Assembly: GCA_011620595.1 (NCBI GenBank)
Contig: WOYX01000005.1
Location: forward strand, 1 to 61,427
Source of the DNA: Bacteroidales bacterium
GTDB lineage: Bacteria > Bacteroidota > Bacteroidia > Bacteroidales > VadinHA17
DNA: 61,427 nt
Direction: 5' to 3'
Part shown: positions 37,111 to 47,858 of the stretch, in pieces
How positions within the stretch are numbered: the first letter of the stretch is position 1
How the letters are laid out: each line of letters starts with the position of its first letter
Made by a program: the position numbers and the translations under genes
The notes under the pieces: model-generated
The model's database searches: none
What the model was told of the DNA's origin: nothing
The model's input: the letters and a program-made list of their open reading frames with translations, nothing else

Positions 37111-38301
37111 ATGAGAACAATCTATGAAATATCGGCAAGATCTGTTGAACTTGTCTCCACCATACGGATCAGAAGCCAGATAAGATGGCTTGAAGAGCCT
37201 GAGCGGCTTATCTGCATAAAAGGCAGCAGGGGAGTCGGAAAGACCACACTTTTGCTTCAATATGCAAAGACAAGGCTGCAGGGCAGGGATTTGCTTTATG
37301 TGAGTCTTGACAACCTCTGGTTCACTGAAAACAGGCTGGTGGACCTTGCTGACGACTTCTCAAAAAACGGAGGAAAATTTCTTCTGATTGATGAAATACA
37401 TCATTATCCAGGCTGGTCAGTGGAATTGAAGAATATATATGACAGCCTGCCCGATCTGAAGGTAATCTATACCGGCTCATCATTGTTGCACCTTACCGGC
37501 GGCAGGGCCGATCTTTCCAGACGGTCAGTAGTGCATACGCTTCCAGGGCTCTCATTAAGAGAATATATTATGTTCTCCGATAATATTGAATTTCCGGCAT
37601 ACACTCTGGATGAAATAGTCAGGGATCATATTGAAATCTCAAAAACAATCTGGAGCCGTATCAAGCCTATAAAAAAGTATAATGAATATCTCGAGTTTGG
37701 TTATTTTCCTTTCTTTCTTGAAGGCAGAGATTATTACAAAAACAAGGTACTCGAGGTCGTTAACCTGGTATTGGAATCAGATCTGCCCTATGCTGCAAGA
37801 ATAAGTTACAGCAATATCAATAAGCTGAAACAGTTACTTTATATCATTTCGGAAAGTGCACCGTTCAAACCTAATATTGATAAATTAAGTGAAAGAACAG
37901 GTATGTCCAAGAATACTCTCAAGGATTACCTGCATTACATGAGCGATGCTCTGCTGCTTAATCTCCTGCACAGAGAGGGTAAAGGCATCAGCAGACTGAC
38001 CAAGCCGGAAAAGATATACCTGCATCATCCCAACTTGATGAATGCCATACCCGGGGGATCAATTGATACAGGAAATCTCAGGGAGACTTTTTTCCTGAAT
38101 CAGGTATCCTTTAATTATCCTGCCAGGTACACTGACAGAGGTGATTTTTTGGTTGACAACCGATATATCTTTGAAATAGGCGGGAAAAATAAAAAATCCG
38201 TCCAGATTTCAGGGCTTGACAACTCATATATGGTTCTTGACAATATTGAAACCGGTTCAGGAAGAGAGATCCCGCTGTGGCTTTTTGGGTTCCTGTATTA
38301 G
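37111..38301 (+). CDS. AAA family ATPase (AAA_14/DUF4143-like)
   Basis: GSRGVGKTT, LLIDEIH, YTGSS, KPEKIYL, C-terminal DFLVD..FEIGGK. Confidence 0.88.
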   Translation: MRTIYEISARSVELVSTIRIRSQIRWLEEPERLICIKGSRGVGKTTLLLQYAKTRLQGRDLLYVSLDNLWFTENRLVDLADDFSKNGGKFLLIDEIHHYPGWSVELKNIYDSLPDLKVIYTGSSLLHLTGGRADLSRRSVVHTLPGLSLREYIMFSDNIEFPAYTLDEIVRDHIEISKTIWSRIKPIKKYNEYLEFGYFPFFLEGRDYYKNKVLEVVNLVLESDLPYAARISYSNINKLKQLLYIISESAPFKPNIDKLSERTGMSKNTLKDYLHYMSDALLLNLLHREGKGISRLTKPEKIYLHHPNLMNAIPGGSIDTGNLRETFFLNQVSFNYPARYTDRGDFLVDNRYIFEIGGKNKKSVQISGLDNSYMVLDNIETGSGREIPLWLFGFLY

Positions 38302-38305
38302 TTTC

Positions 38306-39316
38306 TTATCTGGCCTTTTCCTTCAGCTGTTCGGTGATCTTTGCCCTGATCTCGTCGGCCAGCTCCGGATTATCCTCCATGATCTTCTTGACGGCATCGC
38401 GGCCCTGCCCCAGCTTGGTGTCACCGTATGAGAACCACGATCCGCTCTTTTTGATGATGTTGAAGTCGGTACCCAGGTCGACCAGTTCACCTGTACGGGA
38501 GATGCCCTCGCCAAACAGTATGTCAAAGTCAGCCTTCCTGAACGGCGGAGCCAGTTTGTTTTTAACCACCTTGACCCTGACACGGTTGCCGACGGCATCC
38601 TCGCCATCCTTGATCTGGTTCGATCGCCTTATGTCAAGCCTGACAGAGGCATAAAATTTCAGGGCGTTGCCGCCGGTGGTGGTCTCGGGATTACCGAACA
38701 TCACCCCTATCTTTTCCCTTAGCTGGTTGATGAAGATGCAGGTGGTGTTGGTCTTGTTGATGTTCGCCGTCAGCTTGCGCAGAGCCTGTGACATCAGCCT
38801 TGCCTGCAGTCCCATCTTCGAGTCGCCCATCTCGCCCTCTATCTCCGCTTTGGGTGTCAGAGCCGCCACCGAGTCGATCACGATGATGTCAATGGCCCCG
38901 GAACGGATCAGGTGATCTGCTATCTCCAGTGCCTGCTCGCCGTTGTCAGGCTGTGAGATAAGCAGGTTCTCGACATCGACGCCCAACTTTGAGGCATAGA
39001 ACCTGTCAAACGCATGCTCGGCATCGATCATGGCTGCTATGCCGCCCGCCTTCTGGGCTTCAGCTATGGCATGAATGGCCAGTGTGGTCTTGCCCGATGA
39101 CTCCGGACCATAGATCTCAACAACCCTTCCGCGCGGCAGCCCGCCTATGCCGAGAGCGGCATCGAGTCCTATCGACCCGGTTGAGATAACCTGTACATTC
39201 TCAATAGCATGATCGCCCAGCTTCATAATGGTGCCACGCCCAAAATCCTTTTCGATCTTGCCGAGCGTCACCTCGAGCGCCTTGAGCTTCTCTTTGTTTA
39301 CTTCTTTTCTTTCCAT
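38306..39316 (-). CDS. recA: Recombinase RecA
   Basis: [31 protein letters not shown]. Confidence 0.99.
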   Translation of the reverse strand: MERKEVNKEKLKALEVTLGKIEKDFGRGTIMKLGDHAIENVQVISTGSIGLDAALGIGGLPRGRVVEIYGPESSGKTTLAIHAIAEAQKAGGIAAMIDAEHAFDRFYASKLGVDVENLLISQPDNGEQALEIADHLIRSGAIDIIVIDSVAALTPKAEIEGEMGDSKMGLQARLMSQALRKLTANINKTNTTCIFINQLREKIGVMFGNPETTTGGNALKFYASVRLDIRRSNQIKDGEDAVGNRVRVKVVKNKLAPPFRKADFDILFGEGISRTGELVDLGTDFNIIKKSGSWFSYGDTKLGQGRDAVKKIMEDNPELADEIRAKITEQLKEKAR

Positions 39317-39335
39317 TTACTTATTCTAATAGCAG

Positions 39336-39806
39336 TTAGACATTCCCGTATAGCTTGAAAATCTGCGGCGCATGATCTTTCGTGTCGACCTTTTTGATCA
39401 CCTTCTCTATTATTCCCTTCTCGTCGATGATGAAGGTAGTGCGGATAACGCCTGTCACTTTCTTTCCGTACATCGTCTTTTCGCCATAGGCGCCGTATGC
39501 AGTCAGTATCTTCTTCTCCGGGTCGGCGATGAGCGGGAAGGGAAGCTCATACTTTGCGGCAAATTTTCCGTGTGAAGCCACGCTGTCAGGACTTACACCC
39601 AGGACCGCAAATCCCTGCTTCAACAGCTCTTCATAGTTGTCCCTGAGACTGCATGCCTCGGCTGTGCAGCCGGGGGTATTATCCTTCGGGTAAAAATAAA
39701 GCACTACTTTCTTTCCGAGGTAACTGCTTAGCTTTACGCTGTTACCGTTCTGGTCGGTACCCTCGAACTGCGGTGCGGGTGTACCGGGTATGGGCTGGGT
39801 CATCAC
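39336..39806 (-). CDS. bcp: Thioredoxin-dependent thiol peroxidase Bcp
   Basis: YFYPKDNTPGCTAEAC; adjacent to recA. Confidence 0.95.
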   Translation of the reverse strand: MMTQPIPGTPAPQFEGTDQNGNSVKLSSYLGKKVVLYFYPKDNTPGCTAEACSLRDNYEELLKQGFAVLGVSPDSVASHGKFAAKYELPFPLIADPEKKILTAYGAYGEKTMYGKKVTGVIRTTFIIDEKGIIEKVIKKVDTKDHAPQIFKLYGNV

Positions 39807-39838
39807 TTTTTTGTATTTTTGTTAAGACTGGTAAAGGT

Positions 39839-41779
39839 ATGAAGTTATCATCTATCGTAAAAAATTTATCTCTCTTAGTTATTAACAGAGAGGCCTCCGG
39901 ATGGTTCGCGGCACTGATCCTTTTGCTGCTGTTTTCGTCAAGTCCGCTGCACGGCCAGGAGAGGGTGATGCAACCTTCGAAGGTCGCCGCACAGGCTGCA
40001 TGGGACAGGGGTGACTACGAAGTTGCGTATACCCATTTCAATGGGCTGCTGTTGCTCTATTCGCGTGACCCGGTATATAAATATTACACAGGGGCCTGCC
40101 TGACGGAGCTACAGCGCGACATACCCCGTGCGGTGGAGCTGCTGGGCTCTGCCATCAACAGCTCCGTCAACATAAAGAGCGTGCCGGATGAGGTCTGGTT
40201 TTACTACGGGCGGGCGTTGCAGATGAGCGGTAACTTCCATGATGCTGCGGATGCCTATGACAGGTTTGCCAGGGTAGCAGGCAGGAGGCTGGCACAGAAG
40301 TATGACGTGCAGGGCTATATTGATCAGTGCGCGCGGGGGGAGGGTGCCATGGACGTTATTCGGGTAGCAGCCGGTTCAGTCCGTAAAGACAATAGCGGGG
40401 AGCCCACAAGGAGCAAAGCAACTCAGTCCACTGAAAGCGGGAGGACGGCGAACACAAGAGACACGGCACATGGCACAGAGCCCTCCTCCGCCATGGCTAC
40501 GGAGGGCGGGGTGAAAGTGTCGTCGCACTATACCCCGGAAGAGTATGACAGGGTGCTTGCCACTGCAGTTAAATTGCAGCATGAAGCTGACTCACTGGCG
40601 GCCATTGCTGACGCTGAGGCAAGGGAGCTGGATAAAATAGCTTCCGAGGCAGATGAGGCAATGCGAAGGAGAGCCGCTGAAAGCAGGGAGAAGGCTGATA
40701 CAAAGCAGGCGGAGGCCGACGCACTTTTTCTGAAGCTTGAGGGTGACACAGCCGGCCGGCCAAAACACACAGCAGAAGCTGTACCCACATCCCAGCAGTC
40801 TTCCGGACAGGCAGCAGCATCCTCAGCTGCCACAACCACGACATCGGGCCTGCCTCCCTCATCCATTCCCGGTCCGGAACAGTGGCGGACACCGGCCACC
40901 ACTGCAGATCCGACACAGTGGCGGACACCGGCCACCACTGCGGATCCGACACAGTCGCGGACACCGGCCACCACTGCGGATCCGACACAGTCGCGGACAC
41001 CGGCCACCACTGCGGATCCGACACAGTCGCGGACACCGGCGCATAACCCTGATCTGCAGCCACATCTCTTATCCCTGTTTGAAGTCAGGTCAGAGCTGGC
41101 ATACAGTGCTGCCAACCCTGTACCAATAGACATAAATCTTCCAGACGGATTGGTATATACCATTCAGATAGCTGCATTCAAAAACCCCCTCAATCCGTCA
41201 CTCTTTAAAGGGTTGTATCCCGTTTACGGCAAGCTTGCCAGAGAGACCGGAATCACATTTTACTATACCGGTTTCTTCCGCCGTCTTGAGGATGCCAGGC
41301 AGGCACTGCCCAAAGCCCGTGAGGCCGGCTTTCCCGATGCCTTTGTCATTGCCCTGATGAATGATACACGGGTGTCTTTGGAGAGAGCTGCACAGCTCGA
41401 AAAGGAGTGGGGAGCCAAACCTTTGCCTTTCGAAGGAGAGACCACCGCCACGGAAGAGAAAGCCGCCCCGGCAGAGACCAGTCCTGTCGGAACACTCTCA
41501 TTCAGAGCCGAAGTGTTGCGTACTGACACTCCCGAACCTGAAATGATTGAGAAACTTGAACTGCTGGCCGGGCAGAGAGGACTTGACATAATTAAAAACA
41601 ACGAGGGGGAATCGGTGTTTCTGATTGGTAATTTTATTACATTTGAGAGCGCCGAAGACTACGTCTCGCTACTGATACGAAACGGCTACAGCACTGCCAG
41701 GGTTGCAGCGTGGGTAGGCATGTACGAGATACCGGTTGAGGCTGCCAGAGAACTTCTTAAAAGACTGCCTGATGACTAA
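39839..41779 (+). CDS. TPR + SPOR-like domain protein with a low-complexity linker
   Basis: ATG 39839 with signal peptide; TPR helices; YTIQIAAF...GFPDAFVIA SPOR-like motif. Confidence 0.7.
   Translation: MKLSSIVKNLSLLVINREASGWFAALILLLLFSSSPLHGQERVMQPSKVAAQAAWDRGDYEVAYTHFNGLLLLYSRDPVYKYYTGACLTELQRDIPRAVELLGSAINSSVNIKSVPDEVWFYYGRALQMSGNFHDAADAYDRFARVAGRRLAQKYDVQGYIDQCARGEGAMDVIRVAAGSVRKDNSGEPTRSKATQSTESGRTANTRDTAHGTEPSSAMATEGGVKVSSHYTPEEYDRVLATAVKLQHEADSLAAIADAEARELDKIASEADEAMRRRAAESREKADTKQAEADALFLKLEGDTAGRPKHTAEAVPTSQQSSGQAAASSAATTTTSGLPPSSIPGPEQWRTPATTADPTQWRTPATTADPTQSRTPATTADPTQSRTPATTADPTQSRTPAHNPDLQPHLLSLFEVRSELAYSAANPVPIDINLPDGLVYTIQIAAFKNPLNPSLFKGLYPVYGKLARETGITFYYTGFFRRLEDARQALPKAREAGFPDAFVIALMNDTRVSLERAAQLEKEWGAKPLPFEGETTATEEKAAPAETSPVGTLSFRAEVLRTDTPEPEMIEKLELLAGQRGLDIIKNNEGESVFLIGNFITFESAEDYVSLLIRNGYSTARVAAWVGMYEIPVEAARELLKRLPDD
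40879..41040 (+). repeat. 36-bp coding tandem repeat, 4.5 copies
   Basis: Encodes Q(W/S)RTPATTADPT. Confidence 0.95.
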
Positions 41780-42041
41780 GAAAGCACCGCGGCCGGAGAG
41801 CAACAGAAAAGGAGAAGAGAATGAAAGGTCTCTGCTGCTCGTCAATGATGACGTTAACAGCTTTGAACACGTTATCTCCTCACTGGTAGATGTATGCGGT
41901 CATGATGTGATCCAGGCTGAGCAGTGTGCTGTGCTTACACATATCAAGGGAGGATGCGTGGTCAAGATAGGAGATGCCGCCACACTCGGTAAAATGAGCA
42001 TGAGACTGAAGGAGCTGAGCCTTGAAACAGTAGTAATTTAA
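41772..42041 (+). CDS. clpS: ATP-dependent Clp protease adaptor ClpS
   Basis: LLVNDDVNSFEHVI...QAEQCA..H..G. Confidence 0.85.
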   Translation: MTKKAPRPESNRKGEENERSLLLVNDDVNSFEHVISSLVDVCGHDVIQAEQCAVLTHIKGGCVVKIGDAATLGKMSMRLKELSLETVVI

Positions 42042-42054
42042 AGGGAAGAAAGAG

Positions 42055-42531
42055 ATGTCACTGGGACTCATAATTTTTCTGATCATACTGGGGTTGCTGC
42101 TCTTCGTTATTGAGTTCGTGCTTATTCCCGGTGTCACAATTGCTGGCATCGGCGGTGCCTTATGCCTGGTCACGGCCATCGTTTTTGCATTTACCACCTT
42201 TGGCACACAGGCAGGTCTTATTGTACTCGGATCAACACTGTTTCTCATGATAGTCATGACCGCACTTATGCTTAAGGCCGGTACGTGGAATAAGATGATG
42301 CTCAAGACTGCCATTGACAGCAAGGTAGATACCGTAGGCAGTCAGGAGGGCAGGGTAAAGCCCGGCGACAGGGGGGTGACAGTGACCCGTCTCGCTCCGG
42401 GAGGCAAGGTACTGGTTAATGGGGAGTACTTTGAAGCCAAGTCAATAGACATACTGATCGATCCCGGACAGGATATTGAGGTAATCAGGATTGACGACAA
42501 CAAACTGATTGTAAAACCAATAACTAAATAA
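42055..42531 (+). CDS. NfeD family protein
   Basis: EFVLIPG TM region and OB-fold TRLAPGGKV; precedes floA. Confidence 0.85.
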   Translation: MSLGLIIFLIILGLLLFVIEFVLIPGVTIAGIGGALCLVTAIVFAFTTFGTQAGLIVLGSTLFLMIVMTALMLKAGTWNKMMLKTAIDSKVDTVGSQEGRVKPGDRGVTVTRLAPGGKVLVNGEYFEAKSIDILIDPGQDIEVIRIDDNKLIVKPITK

Positions 42532-42533
42532 TT

Positions 42534-43520
42534 ATGAGTGGAATAGGCATTTATGTGATTATTATCGTCGGGGCAGTGATCCTGCTCTGGATACTCCTTT
42601 ACTTCATCCCTATCGGACTCTGGTTCCAGGCACTTGTATCGGGTGTCAGGACCAGTCTCCTGCAACTTATCTTCATGAGATGGAGGAAGGTGCCGCCTTC
42701 AGTAGTTGTGGGTGCCATGATCGAAGCAGACAAGGCAGGACTTAAGCTGAACCGGGATGAGCTGGAAGCGCATTATCTCGCGGGGGGGCATGTGGCCCAG
42801 GTGGTTCATGCGCTGGTATCCGCCAACAAGGCAAATATCGACCTCTCATTCAAGATGGCCACAGCCATCGACCTTGCAGGACGCGATGTATTCCAGGCAG
42901 TTCAGATGTCCGTTAACCCAAAGGTGATCGACACCCCTCCGGTGACGGCCGTTGCCCGCGACGGCATACAGCTGATTGCCAAGGCCAGGGTGACTGTCAG
43001 GGCAAATATCAAGCAGCTGGTCGGCGGTGCCGGTGAAGAGACCGTACTGGCACGCGTTGGTGAAGGGATTGTATCATCGATAGGTTCGGCACACAGTCAT
43101 AAGGAGGTACTGGAGAATCCTGACCGCATTAGCAAGACAGTGCTTGAAAAAGGACTTGATGCAGGAACCGCCTTCGAGATACTCTCCATTGATATTGCCG
43201 ATATCGATATTGGAAAGAACATCGGTGCCGTGCTGCAGATGGATCAGGCCAATGCCGACAAGAACATCGCCCAGGCCAAGGCAGAGGAACGCCGCGCCAT
43301 GGCTGTCGCCTATGAGCAGGAGATGAAGGCCAAGGCACAGGAGGCACGCGCCAAGGTCATTGAGGCAGAGGTGGAGATACCGCTGGCAATGGCCCACGCC
43401 TTCAAGACCGGCAACCTCGGCATCATGGACTACTACAGGATGAAGAATATCGAGGCTGACACGAACATGCGCGATTCAATAGCCAAACCACCGACCTCGG
43501 GAGGGGAGCAGAAGAAATAG
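42534..43520 (+). CDS. floA: Flotillin-like protein FloA
   Basis: [33 protein letters not shown]. Confidence 0.95.
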   Translation: MSGIGIYVIIIVGAVILLWILLYFIPIGLWFQALVSGVRTSLLQLIFMRWRKVPPSVVVGAMIEADKAGLKLNRDELEAHYLAGGHVAQVVHALVSANKANIDLSFKMATAIDLAGRDVFQAVQMSVNPKVIDTPPVTAVARDGIQLIAKARVTVRANIKQLVGGAGEETVLARVGEGIVSSIGSAHSHKEVLENPDRISKTVLEKGLDAGTAFEILSIDIADIDIGKNIGAVLQMDQANADKNIAQAKAEERRAMAVAYEQEMKAKAQEARAKVIEAEVEIPLAMAHAFKTGNLGIMDYYRMKNIEADTNMRDSIAKPPTSGGEQKK

Positions 43521-43554
43521 TCTTCTTCAGGCAGTAGGCAATGGGCAGTAGTGA

Positions 43555-43581
43555 AAAGGGATTCCGTCATGGAGTCCCTTT
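43555..43581 (+). terminator. Intrinsic terminator, possibly bidirectional
   Basis: AAAGGGATTCC-GTCAT-GGAGTCCCTTT. Confidence 0.6.
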
Positions 43582-43673
43582 GTCAATTCATTAGTATGTT
43601 TAGTGATGTACAAGTCCACAGGCGCGGTTCATCGCCAACACTATTGTCTATTGTCTATTGCCCTCCCTACCAG

Positions 43674-43729
43674 CTGGCTCCTTCTGTAAAATGACCCACA
43701 GGTCATTTTTTCACGCTCGGCCCTCTACT
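43674..43729. repeat. REP-like palindromic element, copy 2
   Basis: AAAATGACC-CACA-GGTCATTTT core with flanks shared with 29800-29858. Confidence 0.65.
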
Positions 43730-43734
43730 CCCGT

Positions 43735-45009
43735 TCATTTCAGATAGAAGAGTATCATCTCCTCAATAGCCCGCTGGCATACCTCGCAGAATGTCTCTGC
43801 CTGGTTGCTCTTCATGCGGCAGTCGTAAGAGGGACGGTAGATGCCTTTTGCGGAGTAACCGCCACCTTCGAAAAGTCCGGTGACACCAATGTACTTCTTG
43901 CTGTTGGGAGTGGGCACAGGAACGGATCTGGCTATCATATCTTTCCACTTGGCGTCGAAATTGACACGTGTGGTTATGTTCGGCTCCCATGGCTCAACGT
44001 CAAGCGGGTAAAACTCCTCATAAGCCACTTCAGATGAGTAATACTCGTCGGCCAGCCCGGCAAACCCGTGGCCGAACTCATGGATGAATACCTGCGGAGT
44101 GTTCTGGTGATCAGCAGTCACGGCGCTGTAATAGTTGTAGACGCCGCCGCCGCCATACCTGGGGCTGTTGATGAGTACCACTATCTGGTCGTGAGGTGCG
44201 GCAGCGGCATAATCGTTCACCTCACGGATGGCCTGTGTAGTCAGGTATCTGTCAACATCAAAGGTGTAGTAACTTGAGCTCAGAACGGTATTGACATATA
44301 TTCCCTCGCCGGGAACATCGGTGCCCGACTCCTGCGAGGGAGCCTCAATGGCCCATATGTTGATCCTCTCCCTGTATTTATCAAACGGCAGCTCCGTGAA
44401 CATGATGTCAGCCATCCTCTTGACGTCAGATCTGAACTTACCCATCTCCTCCCTGGTATATCCTTCGGCTACAAACGCAATATCAAGTGATGTATGCGGG
44501 TCGCCCGATCCGTAAATGCGCGATGCAAGCGCGGCTTCGGGCTTCTCCCTGATAATGAAATAGCTGTCCGGATCTATGGCTGTCTCATAGAGCCTCGTGA
44601 ATTTCCCGTCGCGGCCGCGGATGTCAAGCACAAATTTTACCTTGTTCTTAGGAAAGGGGAAGGTAGCCACCTCGTGGAAGCTCCGCTCCATCTCCCTTGC
44701 CTCTGCAGTCGTCTGCCACTCCTGGAAAAGGGTGCAGAAACCGCGGGAATAGAGAAGAGTCCCTGTTGAATCATCATAGACCTCATACCTGAAGTTGCCG
44801 TATCCAAACGGGTCGGTAAGGTTAGTGAGCGACCCACCCCAGAATGGTTCCTCCTTCAGGGATACCGGATAGACCTTTGTGGCGGTACTGTTACCCGCCA
44901 GCATAAAATCAAACCTGAGAGTGCGGTCAGTGAAATAGTCGTCGAATACCACCTGGGCCTGCATGGTTAAAGCCATCAGAGCCATCGCGAAAAAGGAGAA
45001 GATTCTCAT
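43735..45009 (-). CDS. M64 family metallopeptidase
   Basis: AEGYT, YGGGG, HEFGHGFAGLADEY, CRMK...FCEVC. Confidence 0.93.
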   Translation of the reverse strand: MRIFSFFAMALMALTMQAQVVFDDYFTDRTLRFDFMLAGNSTATKVYPVSLKEEPFWGGSLTNLTDPFGYGNFRYEVYDDSTGTLLYSRGFCTLFQEWQTTAEAREMERSFHEVATFPFPKNKVKFVLDIRGRDGKFTRLYETAIDPDSYFIIREKPEAALASRIYGSGDPHTSLDIAFVAEGYTREEMGKFRSDVKRMADIMFTELPFDKYRERINIWAIEAPSQESGTDVPGEGIYVNTVLSSSYYTFDVDRYLTTQAIREVNDYAAAAPHDQIVVLINSPRYGGGGVYNYYSAVTADHQNTPQVFIHEFGHGFAGLADEYYSSEVAYEEFYPLDVEPWEPNITTRVNFDAKWKDMIARSVPVPTPNSKKYIGVTGLFEGGGYSAKGIYRPSYDCRMKSNQAETFCEVCQRAIEEMILFYLK

Positions 45010-45101
45010 ATTTTAACAGTTTATTGTCGTAAAGGTACTAAACTGTCGGGCATGACAAAAGATAATTTGTAATTTCACGGCAATATCAAAAGTGCAGATG
45101 C

Positions 45102-46343
45102 ATGTTCCGTCAATTTGATCCGGTAATGAGTGTCAGGGAGTTCCTGACGAATCTCGGCTTGTCGACCGGGACAGTCTCATGGGTCAGCACGCTGCTGCTT
45201 ATGCTGGCGGTTGCCATCATCGCATGGCTCTCGATGATCTTCACACGCGCCATTATAGTCAGGGTCTTCTCCGCCATCGTGAAACGGACACGGTCGCCTT
45301 ATGACGACAAATTCCTTGCAACCAAAATGTTCCGCAATTTCGCGCTGATTGTTCCGGGGGTGGTGGTTTGGCAAATGGCTTCTCTCATGCTCAGTGAGAA
45401 TCCCGGGTGGCTCAGCTTTGTGCAGAAATCATCAGCATTATATATCGTTGTTTTTGTTACCCTCACCCTCAGTTCCTTCATCGAAGGGTGGCATCAGGTG
45501 TGGCTTTCACATCCGATATCGAGAGGGAGGTCGATTAAGCCGTATGTTCAGGTGGCAAAGGTGCTGATAGTGTTTACCGGCATACTGGCAGCCGTGTCGG
45601 TGCTTTTTAAGATGTCGCTGGTCAATGTGGTCACGGGCCTCGGTGTTGCCACTGCCGTTCTTGCCCTCATCTTTAAGGATACAATACTCGGTCTCGTGGC
45701 CAGCGTGCAGCTTTCAGGCAATAACATGGTCAGACTCGGTGACTGGATCACTATTCCCGGCAGAAACGTGGACGGAACGGTGATTGATATGACACTCTAC
45801 ACCGTCAAGGTTGAGAACTTCGACAAGACCATCCTCACGGTTCCTACCTATGCCCTTGTTTCAGAGTCGTTTCAGAACTGGAGGGGCATGGAGGATGCCG
45901 GCGTGAGAAGGATCAAGAGGGAGATAAGGATCGATGTAAGGTCAATATCCTTTTTGACTCCGGAACTCGTGAAGGAGATAGGCAGGCTGCCGCTGACAGC
46001 CGGATGGATAGAGGAAAACAGAGATGCAGTGGAGGCTGTCGAAAGAGGAGAAGCGGCATCCCTTACCAACCTGCACGCCTTCAGGGCATACATGGTTGAG
46101 TACCTCCGCAACCATAGAAATATTGACACCAGGATGCCGATAATGGTGCGTGATATGCCCTCGACAGAAGCAGGTTTGCCAGTGGAGATCTATTGCTTCA
46201 GCAAGATCCACTCGTGGGTACCGTTCGAGGGAGTACAGTCGGATGTTATAGATTATACCTATGCTGTTGTAGGCCGGTTCGGGCTGAGGCCCTACCAGAG
46301 CCCGGCAGGCAGTGACCTTGAAATTTTAAAACCTCACCGATAA
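45102..46343 (+). CDS. Mechanosensitive channel, MscS family (YbdG-like)
   Basis: FKDTILGLVAS, GDWI, NWRGM...RRIKR. Confidence 0.92.
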   Translation: MFRQFDPVMSVREFLTNLGLSTGTVSWVSTLLLMLAVAIIAWLSMIFTRAIIVRVFSAIVKRTRSPYDDKFLATKMFRNFALIVPGVVVWQMASLMLSENPGWLSFVQKSSALYIVVFVTLTLSSFIEGWHQVWLSHPISRGRSIKPYVQVAKVLIVFTGILAAVSVLFKMSLVNVVTGLGVATAVLALIFKDTILGLVASVQLSGNNMVRLGDWITIPGRNVDGTVIDMTLYTVKVENFDKTILTVPTYALVSESFQNWRGMEDAGVRRIKREIRIDVRSISFLTPELVKEIGRLPLTAGWIEENRDAVEAVERGEAASLTNLHAFRAYMVEYLRNHRNIDTRMPIMVRDMPSTEAGLPVEIYCFSKIHSWVPFEGVQSDVIDYTYAVVGRFGLRPYQSPAGSDLEILKPHR

Positions 46344-46355
46344 CCCTTACAGCTT

Positions 46356-47594
46356 ATGAATGAGACTTACAAAGAGAAGCTTGCAGCATTTATCACATCA
46401 GGTATTGACGATTCTCCCGTTCCTCCCAGGTATGATCCATTCTGGCAGGCCCTGCGCTCCACCGGTACGGAACTTTGGCTCGACACCGGAGACATGGAGG
46501 AGGCAGAGGCCAACTGGACTGCTGAGATGACTGCATTGACGACAAATAATACGCTAATTAACAATGAGATACAGAAGGGTATCTATGATGATTTTATCCC
46601 CAGGGCACTGGAGATTGTACAGGATATCCCTTCCGGTGAACAGGTAAAGGAGATTGCCTTTATCCTGAATGCACGTCACGGGTTGCGCCTGGCGAAGAAG
46701 TTCGGGGGGATGGTCAGCGTGGAGCTGCATACCGACACTGCGTATGACATCGAGGCGATCGTCTCTTACGGCCTCCGCTACAGGGAGCTCTGTCCTGAGC
46801 AGTTTATAGTGAAGGTTCCCTATACTCCCGAGGGTCTCATCGGTGCCCGCAGGCTTCGTGAGCAGGGTGTAAGGATAAACTTCACACTTGAATTCAGTGC
46901 CAGGCAGAATGCCCTGGTCACCCTGGTTGCAAGGCCTGACTACCTTAATGTTTTTCTTGGGAGGATAGGGGCATTCATTGCTGACAATGGCATAGGTGAC
47001 GGCACAGGTGCGGGTGAAAATGCGGTGCTGCACTCCCAGACGTGGGTCACCCGTCTCTCGGCGGAGAACAGATGGAGAACCAGGCAGATAGCTGCCAGCC
47101 TGAGAAATTACACACAGCTGGAGCTGCTTGCAGGCACTGATGTGTTCACAATGCCTCCAAAGGTGGCTGCTACAGGCAGGAAACAGCTCACCGGACTCTT
47201 CGACAGCAGGATCGGAAGACACTATGATGTTCCGCTGAGCAACGATGCGGCAGGGCTGGCTATAGAGAAGTTCTGGGAGGTGCCCAGGGAGGTCATCGAT
47301 TTCGGACGCTCACTCAACCGGCAGATGCCCTCCACGGGTGAGCAGCTGGTGGCCAGGGCGCATGAGGCAGGACTGGGCGACATGTTCCCGCGGATGAGCA
47401 GTGAGGATAATGAGCGTATAGCCGCCGAGAGCAAGATACCGGTGCTCTCATCGTGGAGGGAGCGCATCATATCAGGTGAGCTGGCACCGGACACTCTTCT
47501 GACACTTGCAGGAATAGCTTCATTTACAGCCGACCAACGGCAGCTGGATGACCGGATAAGGGGGATTATTAAGTCTGAAGGTCTGAAGGTCTGA
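46356..47594 (+). CDS. Transaldolase family protein (long, atypical)
   Basis: LWLDTGD, TTNN, SVELH, VKVP (Schiff-base Lys), INFTLEFS, FLGRI. Confidence 0.8.
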   Translation: MNETYKEKLAAFITSGIDDSPVPPRYDPFWQALRSTGTELWLDTGDMEEAEANWTAEMTALTTNNTLINNEIQKGIYDDFIPRALEIVQDIPSGEQVKEIAFILNARHGLRLAKKFGGMVSVELHTDTAYDIEAIVSYGLRYRELCPEQFIVKVPYTPEGLIGARRLREQGVRINFTLEFSARQNALVTLVARPDYLNVFLGRIGAFIADNGIGDGTGAGENAVLHSQTWVTRLSAENRWRTRQIAASLRNYTQLELLAGTDVFTMPPKVAATGRKQLTGLFDSRIGRHYDVPLSNDAAGLAIEKFWEVPREVIDFGRSLNRQMPSTGEQLVARAHEAGLGDMFPRMSSEDNERIAAESKIPVLSSWRERIISGELAPDTLLTLAGIASFTADQRQLDDRIRGIIKSEGLKV

Positions 47595-47630
47595 GGTCTG
47601 AAGGTCTGAAGGTCTGAGGTCTGAAGGTCT
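47573..47630. repeat. Short tandem repeat GTCTGA(A)G
   Basis: About 8 units of 7-8 bp overlapping the stop codon of the transaldolase-like gene. Confidence 0.85.
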
Positions 47631-47718
47631 CATCCTTCGCTAAAGCTTCGGATGACAGGGAAGGTCTGACGCACAGTTTAACCCGCCTTGCGATGCTCCC
47701 TCTTAAGGAGTGTCACTA

Positions 47719-47828
47719 TGCTCCATTCCACGGCCAATGATGCTCCATTCCACGGCCAATGATGCTCCATTCCACGGCCAATGACGCTCCATTCCACGGC
47801 CAATGACGCTCCATTCCACGGCCAATGA
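47719..47828. repeat. 22-bp tandem repeat x5
   Basis: (T/C)GCTCCATTCCACGGCCAATGA with no spacers. Confidence 0.95.
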
Positions 47829-47858
47829 CCTGTTAATCAAATTCTTAATTCTTAATTC

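Noticed and set aside
47719-47828. 22-bp repeats as a CRISPR array
   Set aside because: Units are contiguous with no unique spacers, and there are no cas genes.
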